From: Rhabdochlamydiaceae bacterium | GTDB taxonomy: Bacteria > Chlamydiota > Chlamydiia > Chlamydiales > Rhabdochlamydiaceae | DNA length: 64,000 nucleotides | NCBI GenBank assembly: GCA_017994195.1 | Contig: JAGOLG010000001.1 | Span: 12,494 to 76,493, forward strand | Direction: 5' to 3' | In this document: positions 62,893 through 64,000 of the stretch, one piece after another | Position numbering within the stretch: position 1 is the first letter of the stretch | Layout of the letters: each line of letters starts with the position of its first letter | Notes under the pieces: generated by a model | Seen by the model: only the letters and a program-made list of their open reading frames with translations | The model's database searches: none | What the model was told of the DNA's origin: nothing | Position numbers and translations under genes: made by a program

Positions 62893-63492
62893 ATGAGTGA
62901 AATCAAGACCGAAGGAATCATTTTGAAAATGATTCCTTATAAAGATCATCACCGAATCATTCAAATCTTCACTCCTGACAGCGGAATCATCAGCCTTCTT
63001 GCAAAAGGGATCTCAAAGCCTAAAATGCAAGCTTTGCTCTCTCCACTGTCACAACTCGAAGTGGTCTATCGAAAAAAAGGATCTGACTTATGTTTTTTCA
63101 AAGAAGGATTTATCATTGAGCACCATCACTTTTTAAGAGAACGCTGGGATCTTTTAGAATCCGCAGGAAAAATTGCAAGCGCTCTACTCCAGTCTCAATT
63201 TCCTGAAAAAGCAGCTCCTGATCTCTATAGACTTTTGATCGCCTGCCTTAAACATCTGCCTTATTTCCTAGAACCGGCAACTCTGATCGCCCTATTTTAT
63301 TTAAAGCTGCTCACCCATGAAGGAGTGCTGGCATGGGATCGACCCGCACTTTTTCCCCTCTCCTATTCTCAGGAAGTCTGGGATAAACTAAAAAATTTAG
63401 CCCACGCCAAATCATTCCGCGCACACTATGATCAAAAAGGCTTAGGAGATACAGTTCTACAGCTAGAAAATCTGCTCAAAACTTTGTTATAA
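62893..63492 (+). CDS. recO: DNA repair protein RecO
   Basis: The N-terminal OB-fold pattern TEGIILKMIPYKDHHRIIQIFTPDSGIISLLAKG, and the size, fit RecO. Confidence 0.85.
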   Translation: MSEIKTEGIILKMIPYKDHHRIIQIFTPDSGIISLLAKGISKPKMQALLSPLSQLEVVYRKKGSDLCFFKEGFIIEHHHFLRERWDLLESAGKIASALLQSQFPEKAAPDLYRLLIACLKHLPYFLEPATLIALFYLKLLTHEGVLAWDRPALFPLSYSQEVWDKLKNLAHAKSFRAHYDQKGLGDTVLQLENLLKTLL

Positions 63493-63527
63493 GCAGAAAA
63501 GCCGCCTTCAAATTCTCTAGATTTTGC

Positions 63528-63956
63528 TCATCCAAATCCAAACTCTGAATAGCTTTTTCCCTCTTGAATGCACTGCAAGGCCTGACGGATAAATGGAGCC
63601 GTTGCTTTCGGAAGATCGTTTAATGGAAAAAAGGCAAGCTCGTCGCATCGATCAGGCTCATTATTTGTAATGACCCCTTCGTAGCTCTTCACTCTAAAAA
63701 AAACATCGATCTGCTCGAATGAAAGCCCCTCTGGCATAGGATGAAAACGATGCATCACGTGGCAGACCTCTATATCTTCTTGTTTTAAATCGATATTCAC
63801 TTCTTCTTTTGCCTCACGAATCACGCCTAGGGTCAGGGGCTCTTGTCCATCATGTCCTCCCATCGGCACCACATAGCGTGCATCGTCTATACCTGTTTGG
63901 AACCTTCGCAGAAGAAGCACTTGTTCTTCTTCGATAAGAACGACTAAAATACCCAC
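63528..63956 (-). CDS. NUDIX hydrolase (the N-terminus may extend past the window edge)
   Basis: Nudix box GGHDGQEPLTLGVIREAKEEVNI. The frame stays open upstream of GTG 63956 up to position 64000. Confidence 0.8.
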   Translation of the reverse strand: MGILVVLIEEEQVLLLRRFQTGIDDARYVVPMGGHDGQEPLTLGVIREAKEEVNIDLKQEDIEVCHVMHRFHPMPEGLSFEQIDVFFRVKSYEGVITNNEPDRCDELAFFPLNDLPKATAPFIRQALQCIQEGKSYSEFGFG

Positions 63957-64000
63957 TTTAAGCTTGAATCTCTTAGCTTCCTTCGCTGCAAAAACCGATA

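Overview
This is a dense chromosomal window with about 60 protein genes and 2 tRNAs. I recognised no rRNA, CRISPR array, transposase or integrase. The gene content points to an environmental member of the Chlamydiae. Supporting markers are a fused glyQS, a SWIB-domain protein, and a plant-type soluble GPAT next to rng and a secreted M16 insulinase. Further markers are a 45-aa L36, a CtcC/AtoC-type sigma54 activator, and Inc-like proteins with bilobed hydrophobic hairpins. Two local gene orders also match what I recall from Chlamydia trachomatis (rpmF-plsX..rng-GPAT-insulinase, and SWIB-truA-HAD..ctcC). Core genes present are rlmN (partial), glyQS, dnaG, mutS, uvrC, dus, rpsN, rpmJ, rpmH, rnpA, a UvrD-like helicase, pcnB, lpxB, yceD, rpmF, plsX, rng, yebC, prfB (with its +1 frameshift), truA, hpf, recO, tRNA-Leu(CAA) and tRNA-Arg(UCG). 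rpmJ, rpmH, rpmF, the 5' exon of prfB, the partial rlmN and both tRNAs are absent from the ORF track and were read directly from the sequence. Accessory content includes: (1) a two-partner secretion pair; (2) an AbiEi/AbiEii module plus an orphan XRE antitoxin; (3) an autotransporter with a very recent 303-nt tandem duplication; (4) an AT-rich island with two tandem 391-aa eukaryotic-like kinase paralogues that share an extended -10 promoter box, converging on a GT8-like glycosyltransferase / secreted thioredoxin-like operon; (5) an Inc-like cluster at 47.5-51.2 kb; (6) a tightly overlapped hpf / HsdR-N-like / 2x DUF115 (Maf-like) operon beside a sigma54 activator whose receiver domain has lost all phospho-acceptor residues and has no adjacent sensor kinase. 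A recurrent non-coding theme is long inverted repeats in which one arm is the last 10-20 codons of a gene or the 3' end of a tRNA (24.9 kb, 30.8 kb, 55.9 kb, 61.7 kb). There is also a GC-rich, multi-hairpin 5' leader that pairs with the only SD-like sequence of the HAD hydrolase gene. All family assignments come from motif recognition by eye. No database search was run, and start codons are often uncertain.
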